Shown: one piece after another, positions 1 to 13,100 of the stretch
Position numbering within the stretch: position 1 is the stretch's first letter
Layout: each line of letters begins with the position of its first letter
From: Azolla caroliniana
Taxonomy: Eukaryota > Plantae > Polypodiophyta
Assembly (NCBI GenBank): GCA_043228905.1
Contig: JBHGNT010000015.1
Location: 4,898,001 to 4,962,000 of the forward strand
Reading direction: 5' to 3'
DNA length: 64,000 nucleotides
Notes under the pieces: generated by a model
What the model was told of the DNA's origin: nothing
Database searches by the model: none
Seen by the model: only the letters and a program-made list of their open reading frames with translations
Program-made: the position numbers and the translations under genes

Positions 1-240
1 CCAATCCGAATCAGACCAACCAACAAGTGATTTGATTGGTCTTTCGGATTGGGATCGTTTATATGTTAATCCATAGTTAGATGTGTGTTTTAGATATCAC
101 ATAACTCGTTGAAGTGATTTCCAATGCATAAGGCCGGGGTTATGCATAAAGCGCGATAGATAATTAATTGCAAAACAAAGGTCAGGACGAGTTCCTGTGA
201 CTAAATATCGAAGTTTTCCTATTAATTGTTTAAAGGGAAA

Positions 241-1419
241 TTATTGCATAAAATTAATATCTCTTTTTGTCGTTGGACCATCGGATATGCTTAAGTTACA
301 TGTTAGTGATAAGGGAGTAGGGCAAGGTTTAATGTTTAACATTCTGAAGGATTTCAAAATTTCATTAATGAATTTATTTTGATGAATGATCAAGGTGCCC
401 ATACTACGATTACGCGTAACTTGCATGCCTAGAAAATAAGATAGGGGACCTAAATCTGTTATTGAAAATGCTTTGGAAAGTTCTAGTTTTGCTTGAGTAA
501 TTTCAGATGGTGTTCCAACTATAGGAATGTCATCCACATATAGTGCTACCACTAACAACCGATTAGATGTATGATTATGTCTAATGTATATATTTGGTTC
601 TGATAACAATCTAGAATAGCCATGTGAGAGCATAAAATTGTTAAATTTTTGAAACCATAACCTAGGAGATTGTTTGAGTCCATAAAGTGACCAATGTAAC
701 CGACACACATAGTTTGGTTGAGAGCGTGACTCAAACCTAGGAGGTTGTGACATGTAGATTTCTTCGGGTAAATCACCATGTAGAAATGCCGTTTGTACAT
801 CCAAATAATGTACCTCGAGGTCAAGAATGGTGGCTAGAGCCATTAGGAGCCGAAAAGATGCCATGCGAAGAACGGGTGAGAATGTCTCAGAATAGTCAAG
901 TTCTTCAACTTGAGAAAAACCACGAGTGACAAGTCGAGCTTTGTAACGTGCAACAGTACCATCAGGCTTTAGTTTTTTCTTCAACACCCATTTGCATGAA
1001 ATAGGTGAGCATCCCATTGGGAGTGGTACTAGGGTCCACGTTTTGTTGGCCTCAAGAGATTCAAGTTCTTTTGCCATGGCAGGTTGCCATTCATTATGAT
1101 CTGGGCTTTGCAATGCCTCATTGATAGTTAAGGGATCATCAGAAATGTCTGATGTGGTTGAGGGGGAACCAAGAGCCGAAAATGCAAACTCAGGTTCAAA
1201 TTGATTGTCCGCAACAAGAGCGTCTATTTTTTTTGTGTGATCATAAAGATCTTGAATAGTACGAACTTTCTTTGGAGTAGATGTAGAGCTAAGTGAACTA
1301 GGTGATTTTGCAATGTCAGAACTATTTGTATGCTCTACATGTTGATTATTAGTGGAATATGAAGTATTTCTACATCCTATTTTAATTACTTTTGCATCAT
1401 TGTGACCAATGGTTTTCAA
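241..1419 (-). pseudogene. Copia A reverse transcriptase (frameshifted; RT/RNase H continues to base 1 in another frame)
   Basis: Motifs YKARLV, DVQTAFLHG, SLYGLKQSPR, LYVDD. Bases 1-240 translate to TRPDL...GWSDSDW with a stop. Confidence 0.92.
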
Positions 1420-1524
1420 CTTGCCATTAAGACGTGAGGATCGTCGTAGTGGAATAAGGAGATTTTTGATAGGATGGGAGCATGAATAATCAATATGAGT
1501 CAGTTGTGTTCCATCTAAAAGTTT

Positions 1525-3047
1525 TTACTTATGAGTGCTATGGTGATTATTAAGGCTCTTTTTACTTTGGTTGGGGTTACTGTTTAAAATTGGAGTATGT
1601 ACATCAGTTTGTTGGGATTGTTTGGTTATTAAAGGCAATAAGTTGGAGTCATTGGTTGAACCTGAGACTTGTGGGAGGACCTCTAGAGATGAGGGTATTA
1701 ATGGAGGAGAGTTAATTGTGACTTGTTGAATTTCTGAGGACATTTGTGGAGCCCGCCAAGAATTAGTAGGTGATGATATTACTTCTTTATTGGATTCAGT
1801 GTTAGACATGGTAGTCGTTTCTTGTATCTTTTCATAACCATGATGTGAATGAGGATTAGATATGAATTTGTCTTCATCAAATATCACTCGTAGGCTAAAT
1901 ATAAATCTTTTGTAATTTGGGTCGTATAATCGATAACCCTTATAGCCATGAGGTTCGCCATACCCAACAAATATTGTGCGAACCGTGTGATTATCTAGTT
2001 TTGATCGAGTTTCTAGCGGTGCAAGTGCATATGATGGACATCCAAAGATTCTTAGATGTTTATAATTTGGATTTTTTCCAAACCACAAGGAAAATGGAGT
2101 TGTCCTAATTGATCGACTATATGTTCTATTGAATATATAACAAGCGGTCAAAATAACCTCTTCCCAATATGTTCGGGGAAGGTTTGCAACGGCGAGCATG
2201 CAACGAGTGGCATCCATATACAACCGGTTTCGTCGTTCAGCCCTTGAATTGTGTTGTGGTGTATATGTAATGGTAAACCGTTGTTGAATCCCATGATTTT
2301 GGCAATACGTTTGGAAGTTTTGAGACTTGAATTCTCCACCATTATCTGATTGGAGTACTTTAAGGGGTAATTCTTGTTGATTTGTTGCAAGTTTATGATA
2401 GGCTTTGAATTTCTCAAGGACTTGATCACTACATTTTGTCTTGAGAAATGTGACCATCGTGAAACGAGTAAAGTCATCGATAAATGTTAGGAAATATACA
2501 TTTCCAGATAGGGATGGGGTAGACAAAGGACCACATATATCTGTGTGCACTAGTTGGAGGGGTTTAGTGGTCGTTGTAGGATGGGATGGAAATGGCGAGT
2601 TAGAGAGTTTTCCAAATATACACCCTTCGCAAAGGGATAGTTTCGATTTACTAGGAAGAGTAAAACCAACTGCTATATGTTGTCGGGCCATGTGAACCAT
2701 TGTTTGATGGTTTAAGTGGCCTAATTGATAGTGCCATAATAAGGTCATATAGTTTGATGTGTTTGAATCATCCATGTGGTGTGCTTCTTCGGTAGGTACC
2801 ACAGAGCGACCTAAGAGGTAAAGATATCCTTGTCTTGGACAGTTAACGACATAGCCTCGTCCAGAGGGTGTCTTATGACGAATGATACAATATTTGTGAT
2901 AAAACTCGACGGATGTATTATCATTTGTGAGTTTATTGACAGATATCAAGTTTTTTGCTATGTTAGGTATATGGTAAACTTCATTGATTTCAATGAAGTT
3001 CCCATCAGAAAGTTCAAGATGGGCAGTCCCATGTCGAAGGGCATATT
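1525..3047 (-). pseudogene. Copia A protease C-term, GAG-pre-integrase and integrase
   Basis: LWHYQLGH, CEGC, VHTDICGP, IDDFTR, SDNGGEF, AERRNR motifs. Confidence 0.92.
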
Positions 3048-3502
3048 TGTTACGGGCATGACCATATAATATCCCGTGGTAAGAATTTACCGTAGTATTC
3101 TATACACGTGGATAAGTGTGAGGGTTAAACGAGAGTGTAAAGGAGGGGAGGATTACTTTTAATCCTCGGGATTGAGACAACCCATTAGGTCAAGTGTGAA
3201 CTTGCCTGGGGGCCTTGGGTATCGCTATAAATAAGAGGCCTACCTAGCCTCATTTGATCATCTTTTAACTACATCGAGACTCTGCTCGTGTGGTGGGTCA
3301 ACTCTTGTAGCGAGCGCGCCAGCACTAGGTACGACTCGACGCCACGGCGGTGGTATGGGACGCCGATCGAGGCTCGAGTCCGTCTCGATCCCTTCGCTCG
3401 GGGGTGGTCGGGTGGATCGGCACCCTTCTTTCTCTTTCTCCTTTCTATCTATCTTTTCATTATCCTTATCTTAAGCTTACGTTAGTGCTATGATCTATAA
3501 TA
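3048..3502 (+). repeat. 5' LTR of element B (TG...TA)
   Basis: Matches the split 3' LTR with about 3 substitutions by eye; CTATAAATA TATA box near 3225. Confidence 0.95.
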
Positions 3503-5197
3503 TTTGGTATCAGATTTTTGTACTAATGTTTCTTTGTTTTTCATTTGTCTTTTGATTGATGCTGATCGATCATTGTGCGGTTGGCCTTGATCCAGACAAC
3601 GATCAACAAAGAACTTCGGTAACTCTTTCCATAATTTTTCTTTCTATTCTCTCTTCTCTCATCTAATCATGTGTTTAGTTTATATGTAATTTTTTTTCAT
3701 TAAATCAATGATGTTGTAGTGGTCTTTAATTGATTATCTAAAACGTTTACATATGTGCACGAGGTCAATACCTCGTTTGACATATTAATAATATGTGATG
3801 AGTGTCGTATGCGTACGAGGTTAATACCTCAATTACGTTTGCGTATGAGTTCACGAACATATGTTACGTTTGCGTATGAGTTTAAGACCTTGATTTGTTG
3901 TAAACGATATGCGTTTGGTCTCGTATGCGTAAGAGGTCTATACCTCCATTGCGTATTACGATGATCTCTTATTTGTGGATGTTTCGTGTGCGTAGAGGTA
4001 TATACCTCGATTACGTATCTCGATCACATCATTTGTGGCTATTTAATATAACGATATGTTTAATATAGGCATATGTGGTCACATATATACGTATTTGATC
4101 GTATATATGTGATAAGTAAACATATGTGTATATTCGTTATTACGTGATTATCTCGAAAGTTGTCCTTGTCGGGAAAAGGATGTTGGTGGCTGTTCTCACA
4201 TTTTTGTGAGAATGGCGTTGTCACCATCCCTTTTTCAACATTTTTTTATTGTTGATAACCCCGTTGACGACCTCGATTTCGTTACGTAAAGAAACGCCAA
4301 TAGCCAAAATGATGTTGAGTACGTAGGGCTTGACCCAATTCAAGTGAGGTCGCTCCAATGACGCACGTATCCAACATCTCTCCCTCGTTACATGGATACG
4401 ATGCCACCATGAGCTCGTTCTTACGAGAGGCATTCGTAATGACGTGACCATGTGTTGGCCCACGTGAGCCTACTACGAAACAAGGGCTCATTTGGCTTGA
4501 CCATTAGGTTGCACTTTGGCGTATGCCATCGTAATTACGAGACTTGAGGTTAGGTAACGTACCAACATAGTTTTGGTAAATGAGGGCGAAATAAGGACCC
4601 TTGACATATATGTTCTTTTAAAAAAACGTATATGATCAATTGCCTCACATATCTCTTATACGCATCAAACATTAAACATTCGAGAAGAGCAACTTACTTG
4701 GTTGGCTCAAGTGTTTAATGTATTTGTTCTCGAGGTCTCGAGTTCAAATATGACCAAGACCATACAACATCCTTGATACATATGACTATAACACATGTTT
4801 AGACTTAAGGTCTAAGTGCACCTCGGGGTCCTCGTAATAGGACTTAAAGAGCCGAAACCACATATGTGGGCACCGAAACATAGTTTATTATTAACATTTT
4901 TTTTCGTGTATAAACTATTCATGACGCGAACATACATGGTTGAGCCTCGGGGAGCCACCATGAAAAAATCGATATAGAGATCAGGGAAAGACATTTATTT
5001 GTCACCCCCATGGTTTTTAAAACACCTTTGTGTTACCATAGTAACCTGATCTTGAACCTCATCTCATACGTCTAGAGGGGTATTGACGTGAGATAATGAT
5101 ATCGATTAATGCTCGCCCATGATATGTTTACATCACGACATGATGTTATGACTATATCTCTGACCTTATCCTATTTCTTTTCCAGAAATAATCTTTA

Positions 5198-8100
5198 ATG
5201 GCTCAAATTAACGACCCGATGTCATCCGCTCAAGCGGAAGGAACTCAAGGGAATCCTCCTGGACAAATGTCCACTGAGATGTATTTGGCACAAATAACCC
5301 AATACCTTAGTTTCACCGCTCAACAGATGACCGAACTTCGGCAATCTCAGAGTGCTCTTGAGGCACGTGTCATTAGTCTACAACGTGAGACTAATAGACC
5401 TGATGAGCGACAAGGTGAACCATCATTTGTCGTTAAGCCATTTACGGGAGACAAAAAGGAAAGAACCGAGGAAGCAATCTGCACATGGCTGGGACGATGG
5501 GAATCTCATTTTGAGCTCTATCCCACGCCAGATAGTACGAAGATTGCATATGTCGGCCGAGAACTCGGGGGTAAGGCCGCCGCCTGGTGGCGTGGCCTCC
5601 GTACTATGGGGAAATTGCCCGATACCTGGACAGATTTTGTCACGGTTTTTAAGGGCCAATTTCTGCAACCTCCCTCTCGATCCGAGGCAGCACAAGCTTT
5701 AATGAACCTCTCTAGCAGGAAATTTTCCTCGCTAGAAGACTATGTTCACCATGCTAGAACCCAAATCCAAAAATCGGGTCTAGAAGGGGACAATTGGTTG
5801 ATAGCTTGTTTTGTCAATGGCATCCCCAATTCGGACTATCACTGGATAGTGCACGATAAGGATCCAAAATCCTTCGAAGAGGCCGTTGAAATAGTTCTTC
5901 GCTATCAACGCACTTCGAAGAAGGACCATAACAAACCCAACGAAGCGCCCGGGACTAAGCAGTCGCAATTTGTTGGGAAACGCAAGACACCCAACGAATT
6001 CCTGGATCGCGATTGTAAGCGACAACATCCTTTTTGTGTATTCTGCAAAAAGAAGGGTCATACAAAAGATCAATGTCGAAAGCTCCAACGGAAAGAGCAC
6101 GACAACAAAGCTAAAACTGCAGACCATAAAGGTCAGATTCCTAATGTCCTTCAGGTCTATACACACCATTTAAGTAATTGTCATTGTTCTTTTCCTCACT
6201 ATGTATTGGGTCCCAATGATTTACTACGTGCAAACGGGTATATCAATGGATCTCCCGTACAATTTTTATTTGATTCGGGAAGCTCACACAATTTTGTGAA
6301 TGATCGTTTGGTTCAGATATGGGGAATCCAACCCACCGTAAGTGATCACACCTACACGGTGCACTTGGCTGATGGAAGAGTACAATACATCAACGGGGCG
6401 ATTCATTCATTAGGAATTTCTATTGATACTTATATAGAGGAAGTAGACTTCCATGTAATGAATCTTTGTACCACCGATGTAATACTGGGTTATCCCCGGT
6501 TTTATAATAAAAACTCTTCTTTATTTATTGATTGGGTTCGTCATTCCATTTCTTTTGTACTGAACGATTGTACGCATTTTATTCAATGTGTAAAAAAACA
6601 ATCCCTCTCGATTGTTTCCTCGTGTCCATCAATATCCGAGTTGTCTTGTTGTACATTATTTTATTGTGTACTTGATCCGGACATTCACGTTTACAATATC
6701 GATAATGTCCCGATTCAATTAACATATTTTGAACAACAACAACTTGATGAAATCTTAAATGATTTTCATGATGTTTTTCCAAGTGAACTACCTGATGGGT
6801 TACCTCCTAAACGTAATATAGACCATCGTATAGATATTGTACCTGGAGTTGCACCAATAAGTATACCTCCGTATCGCTTAAGTCGATCCGAAGAAGATGA
6901 GGTATCTAAGCAACTCAAGGACTATTTACGAATGGGTTATATACGTTATAGTAAATCTCCATGGGGTGCACCAGTTCTCTTGGTTAAAAAGAAAGAGGGC
7001 ACATGGCGTATGTGTATTAATTACCGACGCTTGAATAAAGTGACGATCAAGAATTCGTATCCATTGCCCCGGGCTGACGATCTAATTGACCGTCTCCAGG
7101 GAGCTCGGTATTTTACGAAACTTGATCTCCGTACTGGCTACCATCAAATACGAATAAGTGAGGACGATGTTCCTAAAACGGCATTTCGTACGCGCTATGG
7201 CCATTACGAGTTTTTGGTTATGCCTTTTGGTTTGACCAATGCTCCGGCTACTTTTCAACAAGAAATGAATGACATTTTCCGAGAACAACTTGGAAAATTT
7301 GTCGTTATTTTCTTGGATGATATTTTAGTTTATAGCCGTACATTACAAGAACATGCTAGACATGTCCGCTTTGTTTTACAAACATTGCGTGACAAACAGT
7401 TTTATGCGAAGATCTCAAAATGTGAGTTCTTCAAGAAATCAATTACTTATCTAGGACATCTCATAACCGAACGAGGAGTTGAAATTGATCCTTCTCGCAT
7501 TGAGAAAATCAAGCTTTGGCCCACTCTTCGGAATATTCGAGAAGTTCGATCATTCCTTGGTTTTGTGGGGTTTTTGCGAAAGTCTCTTCGTAATTACTCC
7601 CAATTGACGATGCCGTTTACTGATCTTTTAAAAGGTCAAACGCGTAAGTCTACAAAACCTATTGTGTGGAATGCTACACTAGACCTTGCATTTAAGGAAC
7701 TCAAGGACCTCGTTTGCAAGGCTCCTTCACTTCTTTTACCTGATCCTTCAAAACCTTTTGAGGTTGAAACCGATGCAAGCGATTATGCTATAGGTGCTGT
7801 CTTGTATCAAGATGGTAAACCAATAGCATTCGAGAGTAAGAAACTTGATTCTGCTCAATGTCGGTATACCGTTCAAGAAAAGGAATTATTTGCAGTTATA
7901 CATGCGCTCAAAACATGGCGCCATTATCTTTATGGAAATCACTTTGTGGTAACTACGGACCACGAGTCCTTGAAATATTTTTGTGACCAACAAGACTTGA
8001 AAGGTCGTAAGGCACGATGGGCTGATCTCATCCAGGACTTTGATTTTTCCATACGATATCGTAAAGGTTCCATGAACATTGTCGCTGATGCACTAAGTCG

Positions 8101-9631
8101 CATCCGTGAAGTTAACACGCTTAGCTTCACTGAAATATCATCAGATCTTTATGATCACCTTCGAGGAAAGTATCCTGATGACAGTTATTTCGCAAAATAC
8201 TGGGCTAGAGTTGAGTCTGGAACAGACACCACCACATCCTCGAAGGAATACTTCCACATTGCTAACGGTTTGCTCTACCGTAATGGGAAGGTTTGTGTTC
8301 CAAATTTACCCGAGGTCAAAAAGAGGATTCTTTTTGAATGCCATGATGCACCCTCAGCAGGGCACCCTGGAATACATCGTACACTCGTTCTCATCTCCAC
8401 TCAATTTTATTGGCCTAAGATGCGTCCTGACATACATAGCTATGTGACTAAATGTCACCAGTGTCAGGTTAACAAAGCCGAGCGACTTAAAGCCGCAGGA
8501 CTTTTACATCCCTTGGACATTCCCAATAATAAGTGGGAAAGTATATCCATGGATTTTATTGTTAGCCTTCCTCGCACCCAAAAAGGTCATGATGCCATCT
8601 GGGTTGTCGTTGATCGGCTAACTAAAATGGCCAGATTTATTGCTACTAAAACCACGGTAACAGCTTCTGAATTGGCTTACCAATTCGTTGACGAATTGTT
8701 TCGTTTTTATGGGTTACCGATGGATATCGTGAGTGATCGAGATCCAAAGTTTACTAGTGACTTCTGGACACAAGTCTTTAAGAAGTTAGAAACTACGTTG
8801 AGCATGAGCTCCACGGATCATCCTCAATCCGATGGACAGACAGAACGAGTAAATCAAATTATTGAGGACATGCTTCGAGCATACGTTGGTGCAAAACCAA
8901 CAAAATGGGAACGTTATCTCCCAATTTTGGAGTTTGCTTATAACAGCTCCAAGCATACGTCGACGGGATATAGTCCTTTTATGTTGATGTATGGTTTTCA
9001 GCCACGAGCCCCGATTGATGTTACTATACATCATGATGAGTTGCGAAGTACGCAAAACTTTCTTCGGGATATGCAAGATATGTTGCATATTGCACGAGAT
9101 AATATAAAAACAGCTCAAGATAGAGCGCGTTTTTATGCCGATCATCATAGGCAACCTCGTGTATTCAACCCTGGACAGAAGGTATTTTTACGTGTACCTC
9201 ACAATTCTAAGACATTGTCTACGGGTAAGTGCGCTAAGTTAGCCCCACGGTTTTGTGGACCTTTTACAGTCCTCAAACGCATTGGGTCATCAGCCTATCG
9301 TCTCGCTCTTCCCGATGGTGTCGGAATTCATCCAGTCTTTCATGTGAGTCGTCTAAAAGAACTTCTAGGTTCTGGCGACAATACAGTTACGACTGAAACT
9401 CTGGTTACTTCGGAAGAATTATCTTCTAAACCACATGTGCCAGAAAGAATTCTCGATGTTAAAACAACAAAATTACGTACTAAAGAAATCCGAGAATTCA
9501 AAATAAAATGGATGGATAAATCAATAAAAGATGCCACATGGGAACGTGAAAATACTCTAAGAACTAACTTCCCTAACTTTCCATTGCAAGAGTGCAATGT
9601 TTTAAAGAGGGGGAGTATGTTACGGGCATGA
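5198..9631 (+). CDS. Gag-Pol polyprotein of element B (gag, CCHC, PR, RT, RNase H, INT, chromodomain)
   Basis: Uninterrupted 1477-aa ORF with [38 protein letters not shown] motif and C-terminal PERIL...KW...ATWE chromodomain. The stop lies inside the 3' LTR. Confidence 0.95.
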   Translation: MAQINDPMSSAQAEGTQGNPPGQMSTEMYLAQITQYLSFTAQQMTELRQSQSALEARVISLQRETNRPDERQGEPSFVVKPFTGDKKERTEEAICTWLGRWESHFELYPTPDSTKIAYVGRELGGKAAAWWRGLRTMGKLPDTWTDFVTVFKGQFLQPPSRSEAAQALMNLSSRKFSSLEDYVHHARTQIQKSGLEGDNWLIACFVNGIPNSDYHWIVHDKDPKSFEEAVEIVLRYQRTSKKDHNKPNEAPGTKQSQFVGKRKTPNEFLDRDCKRQHPFCVFCKKKGHTKDQCRKLQRKEHDNKAKTADHKGQIPNVLQVYTHHLSNCHCSFPHYVLGPNDLLRANGYINGSPVQFLFDSGSSHNFVNDRLVQIWGIQPTVSDHTYTVHLADGRVQYINGAIHSLGISIDTYIEEVDFHVMNLCTTDVILGYPRFYNKNSSLFIDWVRHSISFVLNDCTHFIQCVKKQSLSIVSSCPSISELSCCTLFYCVLDPDIHVYNIDNVPIQLTYFEQQQLDEILNDFHDVFPSELPDGLPPKRNIDHRIDIVPGVAPISIPPYRLSRSEEDEVSKQLKDYLRMGYIRYSKSPWGAPVLLVKKKEGTWRMCINYRRLNKVTIKNSYPLPRADDLIDRLQGARYFTKLDLRTGYHQIRISEDDVPKTAFRTRYGHYEFLVMPFGLTNAPATFQQEMNDIFREQLGKFVVIFLDDILVYSRTLQEHARHVRFVLQTLRDKQFYAKISKCEFFKKSITYLGHLITERGVEIDPSRIEKIKLWPTLRNIREVRSFLGFVGFLRKSLRNYSQLTMPFTDLLKGQTRKSTKPIVWNATLDLAFKELKDLVCKAPSLLLPDPSKPFEVETDASDYAIGAVLYQDGKPIAFESKKLDSAQCRYTVQEKELFAVIHALKTWRHYLYGNHFVVTTDHESLKYFCDQQDLKGRKARWADLIQDFDFSIRYRKGSMNIVADALSRIREVNTLSFTEISSDLYDHLRGKYPDDSYFAKYWARVESGTDTTTSSKEYFHIANGLLYRNGKVCVPNLPEVKKRILFECHDAPSAGHPGIHRTLVLISTQFYWPKMRPDIHSYVTKCHQCQVNKAERLKAAGLLHPLDIPNNKWESISMDFIVSLPRTQKGHDAIWVVVDRLTKMARFIATKTTVTASELAYQFVDELFRFYGLPMDIVSDRDPKFTSDFWTQVFKKLETTLSMSSTDHPQSDGQTERVNQIIEDMLRAYVGAKPTKWERYLPILEFAYNSSKHTSTGYSPFMLMYGFQPRAPIDVTIHHDELRSTQNFLRDMQDMLHIARDNIKTAQDRARFYADHHRQPRVFNPGQKVFLRVPHNSKTLSTGKCAKLAPRFCGPFTVLKRIGSSAYRLALPDGVGIHPVFHVSRLKELLGSGDNTVTTETLVTSEELSSKPHVPERILDVKTTKLRTKEIREFKIKWMDKSIKDATWERENTLRTNFPNFPLQECNVLKRGSMLRA

Positions 9632-9643
9632 CCATATAATATC

Positions 9644-10063
9644 TGTTACCGGCCGGCAAGGAGTCCAAAATACGGAGTGAAGGAATTAATTAGATATGGT
9701 TGTAAATGAGCATAGTGTGGACGGACGGACTGGAAACGGTATGCCGTTCCAGATCCGGACGGATCCCGAATAGGTGCGAGAAGCACCGTTTTGTACTACG
9801 GGCCGGAAACCTATTTAAAGGCCCGGACCCTATTGTAATGACAGCGGATAATTAATAGAGATTATGATGTTTATACTTCTGTCTTGATTTCCGTTCTGTA
9901 ATCACTGTTATATCTTACGCGTGTAATTAACCAAAGCAATCTAATCGTGTAACCTACGTAAGTCGGTGTAATCGTTGAATCTTAATCCTATGCCGTAATC
10001 ACCCTTTGGTGAAGTGTCTCCGTGACACCTTGTGTTAGGCCTTGTCCGGCTAAACGAATAACA
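9644..10063 (+). repeat. 5' LTR of element C
   Basis: TGTTACC...ATAACA; direct repeat of 19075-19494; TATTTAAA box. Confidence 0.96.
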
Positions 10064-10069
10064 CAGTTT

Positions 10070-10079
10070 TGGCGACCAC
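10070..10079 (+). promoter_or_regulatory. Primer-binding site of element C, probably tRNA-Arg
   Basis: TGGCGACCAC 6 nt after the LTR; complementary to a recalled plant tRNA-Arg 3' end (GUGGUCG-CCA). Confidence 0.6.
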
Positions 10080-10114
10080 GATTCCTGCTTTCTCGCAGCG
10101 AACGACGGTAATGG

Positions 10115-13100
10115 ATGACTAGACCAACGCACGACTTGGTTACAGACCGAGCTCGACGCATCGCCGAACGGCAAAGACGGCGTGAGACTTTCCAGCAAGC
10201 AGCGCAGGAAATTCGCTCGGATCGCTCGTTCTCCAACGAGATCCGGAGAGTCGCGGAGGAATCTCTCCGGTTACGGCAAACTCGCAACCAGGACGACGGA
10301 AGCAGTCTAAGTAGTCTCCGGGAAACCGAACGACTCCTGGAGGCGCTGGCAAGCGGAGAAAACGAGGCAGAAGCCTTTTCAGCCTACGAATCAGATTCCG
10401 AAGGGGGATACAGCGTGCACACGAACTACCGAAGCAGCAACGATACCCCCGGCGGGCCGGAAGACGACGGGTCGGATACCGTGCCGACTCCAGAACCGGA
10501 ACCGCTCAACCAGGGCTATCCGGAACCGCAAACGGAAGCCGTCAACCCACCAACACCGGAAGTGGAAGAAGCAAAGCCACCAACACCAACGAAAGAGCCG
10601 GCAAAGGTACCGGAAGAAGAGCCGGAAAAAGAACCGGAAAAAGGACCGGCAAAAGAACCGGAAGTGGAACCGGAGAAAGAACCGGAAAAATATCAACAAA
10701 CGCCACTAAACCGCGGCTTAATACTGGACGACGACATGCCGTTCCAATACTCAAAGTACCGCGATGATCCGGATGCGGAAGCACATGTGGATGACTTCGA
10801 GCAGACATGGGAAGCAAATCACACGTCCCAGCGAATGACACCGGAGGAAGAAGAACGCTCGAAGATAGCGGAATTCGGAGTCACGTTGGAGGGACCAGCG
10901 ACACGATGGCGGCGGTCGCAGGACCCGGCGACCATCACAACATTTGCAGAATTAAAAGCAAAATTCTTGCATTTTTTCCACAAGGAGGTCGACCAGACGA
11001 CAATGGTGGGCCTGTTTTATACGATCCGGCAGGAGGCAGGGGAAAGCATTCCCCAATTCGTCATCCGTTTCCAACGGATGCATAGCCAGCTTGCCCGTGC
11101 ACCCCCGGAGGAGGAATTACGGACGATATTTTTAAACGCACTCCGGGAACCGTTACGCACGGTGTGTACGGTGATCGACTTTCGAGGATGCACCATCGAT
11201 CAGGTCATTGACCGGGTCAGAGAAATGGAAAAGACAAGCTCATGGCTTACGCTGGGAACACTGCAACGGGCGTTACCCACCGAGGAAGATCTCCAGTTCC
11301 GGCAGGCAATTCAATGCACAATCTGCTTGAATGCCGGACACTCGGCAGTAGAGTGCACCATGCGCACTCAGTGTGTGATTTGTCAATCCAAGAGTCATAC
11401 AACGGACCGGTGCGAGTACAACCTGTTAAATCGACAAGCACCACCCGTCCGACGGATCGAGCCAAGAAGCAGCCGAGACGAAGATGACGATCGTTGGCAA
11501 AGAGGGAACCGGTACCCACCGGCACAAGATGTCCGGTACGGAGACAGGCAAGAGAATGATGGCCGGTACGGGAATCGGCGTGATAACTACGACCGGTATG
11601 AGCGATCGGACCGTTATCGGGAGCCCAACAGGCGACACGAGCAATACGACAGAGACCATTCGCCTAGTTACCGACGGCACCAGGAGGACTATGGCAGATT
11701 TTACGATCCACCACGACCGGACTACCGAAATAAGAATAAGAATAATAAGAAACGTAATTTCAAGAAAGGTGGTCACCCTAGGGACCCGGAACATGGAACC
11801 CCAAGGAACCAACCGGCACAGAACGCACCACTCGCTACGGGACCGACTCCGGCTACCAGCAATGCTGAATCCAGCAATAACCGTAAAGAGTACTGCTACT
11901 ACTGCAGGCAGGAAGGCCACTACAGTAACCAGTGCCCGGTAAAGAGCTACGAGAAACGACCAGCAGTTAATATGGTGGTTCCGGAAGTGACGGATGTACA
12001 GCAAGTAACCACACGGTCGAAAGGCATGGCCAAAGAGTGGGAAACACAAGAGGCCATACGAAAACAAGCGACGGAATGGGTGAAGGAAGCCAATGAAAAG
12101 AACGTCGCTGACGCGGAACGGCAAAAGGCAAATAGCATAGGGAGTGCCGGCGGTAGCCACCCAGAAAACGAGACATGGCAAGCACTGCAAGAATGTCAGA
12201 TCACGTTGCCGTTAGGAAGACTCTTGCAGCTCGTGCCGCGATTTACGGAAGGGCTAAAAACGGGCATGACAGACGGCATAGCCCCACCGGCACCAGTCCT
12301 CTTCTCATACCCGGAGGAGGGACCGACGGTAGTGGACACTAGCAGTCCGGTGATTACAGCTATTGTCAAAGGGCACGAACTTCCCGGCACCGTAATCGAT
12401 GGAGGTTCCGGGGTGAACGTAATAAGCCTCCGTACGTGTGATGCCTTGGGTATACATGAATGGGAGCCATGCCCGTTCTGGCTACGGATGGCGGATACGA
12501 GCTCGGTACGGCCGACGGGCTTAATACGGAAATTGGAAGTCACCATAGGAGGCCACACATTTCACATCTCGGCTGTCGTGCTGCAGCTACAGGCGCAAGG
12601 CGCGTACCCACTATTGCTGGGCAGACCATGGTTGAAAACAGCACACATCAAGCAAAATTGGCGGAAAAATATGATTACCTTCCGGCGCGGAAAAGCCAAG
12701 GTCCGGGTACCGACACAACCACGGACGAGCAACGGTAAGGAATGCACACCGCTGTATGCGGAATGTGTGAACATGCTTGAAGGATTGGCAGACGACGAAG
12801 AAGCCCAGTACTTGGAGGAACATCCGAAGATCGTACCACTCTTCGAGATCGACATAGCTGAAACCGTAGCCGCATACTTGCCGCAGCGGGACGACACCGA
12901 AGCCGAACCAGACAAAGATGCGATTCGGGAATTACGGCAAGCACAGGAAGCGTTGGAACGGGAAATGGCCGTTTCCCAACGGGTAAAAGCATCCCAGCTC
13001 GACGAAGTAAACCTAGGAAGCAAGGACGAATCAAAGCCGGTACACATCGCCAAAGAAATGAAGCCGGAAGATAAAGCGGCGATGATCAAACTTCTCACGG

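Noticed and set aside
3288-3485. 65-aa ORF repeated at 19714-19911
   Set aside because: Lies within the LTRs of element B; the duplication reflects LTR identity, not a gene.
4221-4491. Short antisense ORFs in the leader of element B
   Set aside because: No recognisable motifs and lengths expected by chance; cannot be supported without conservation data.
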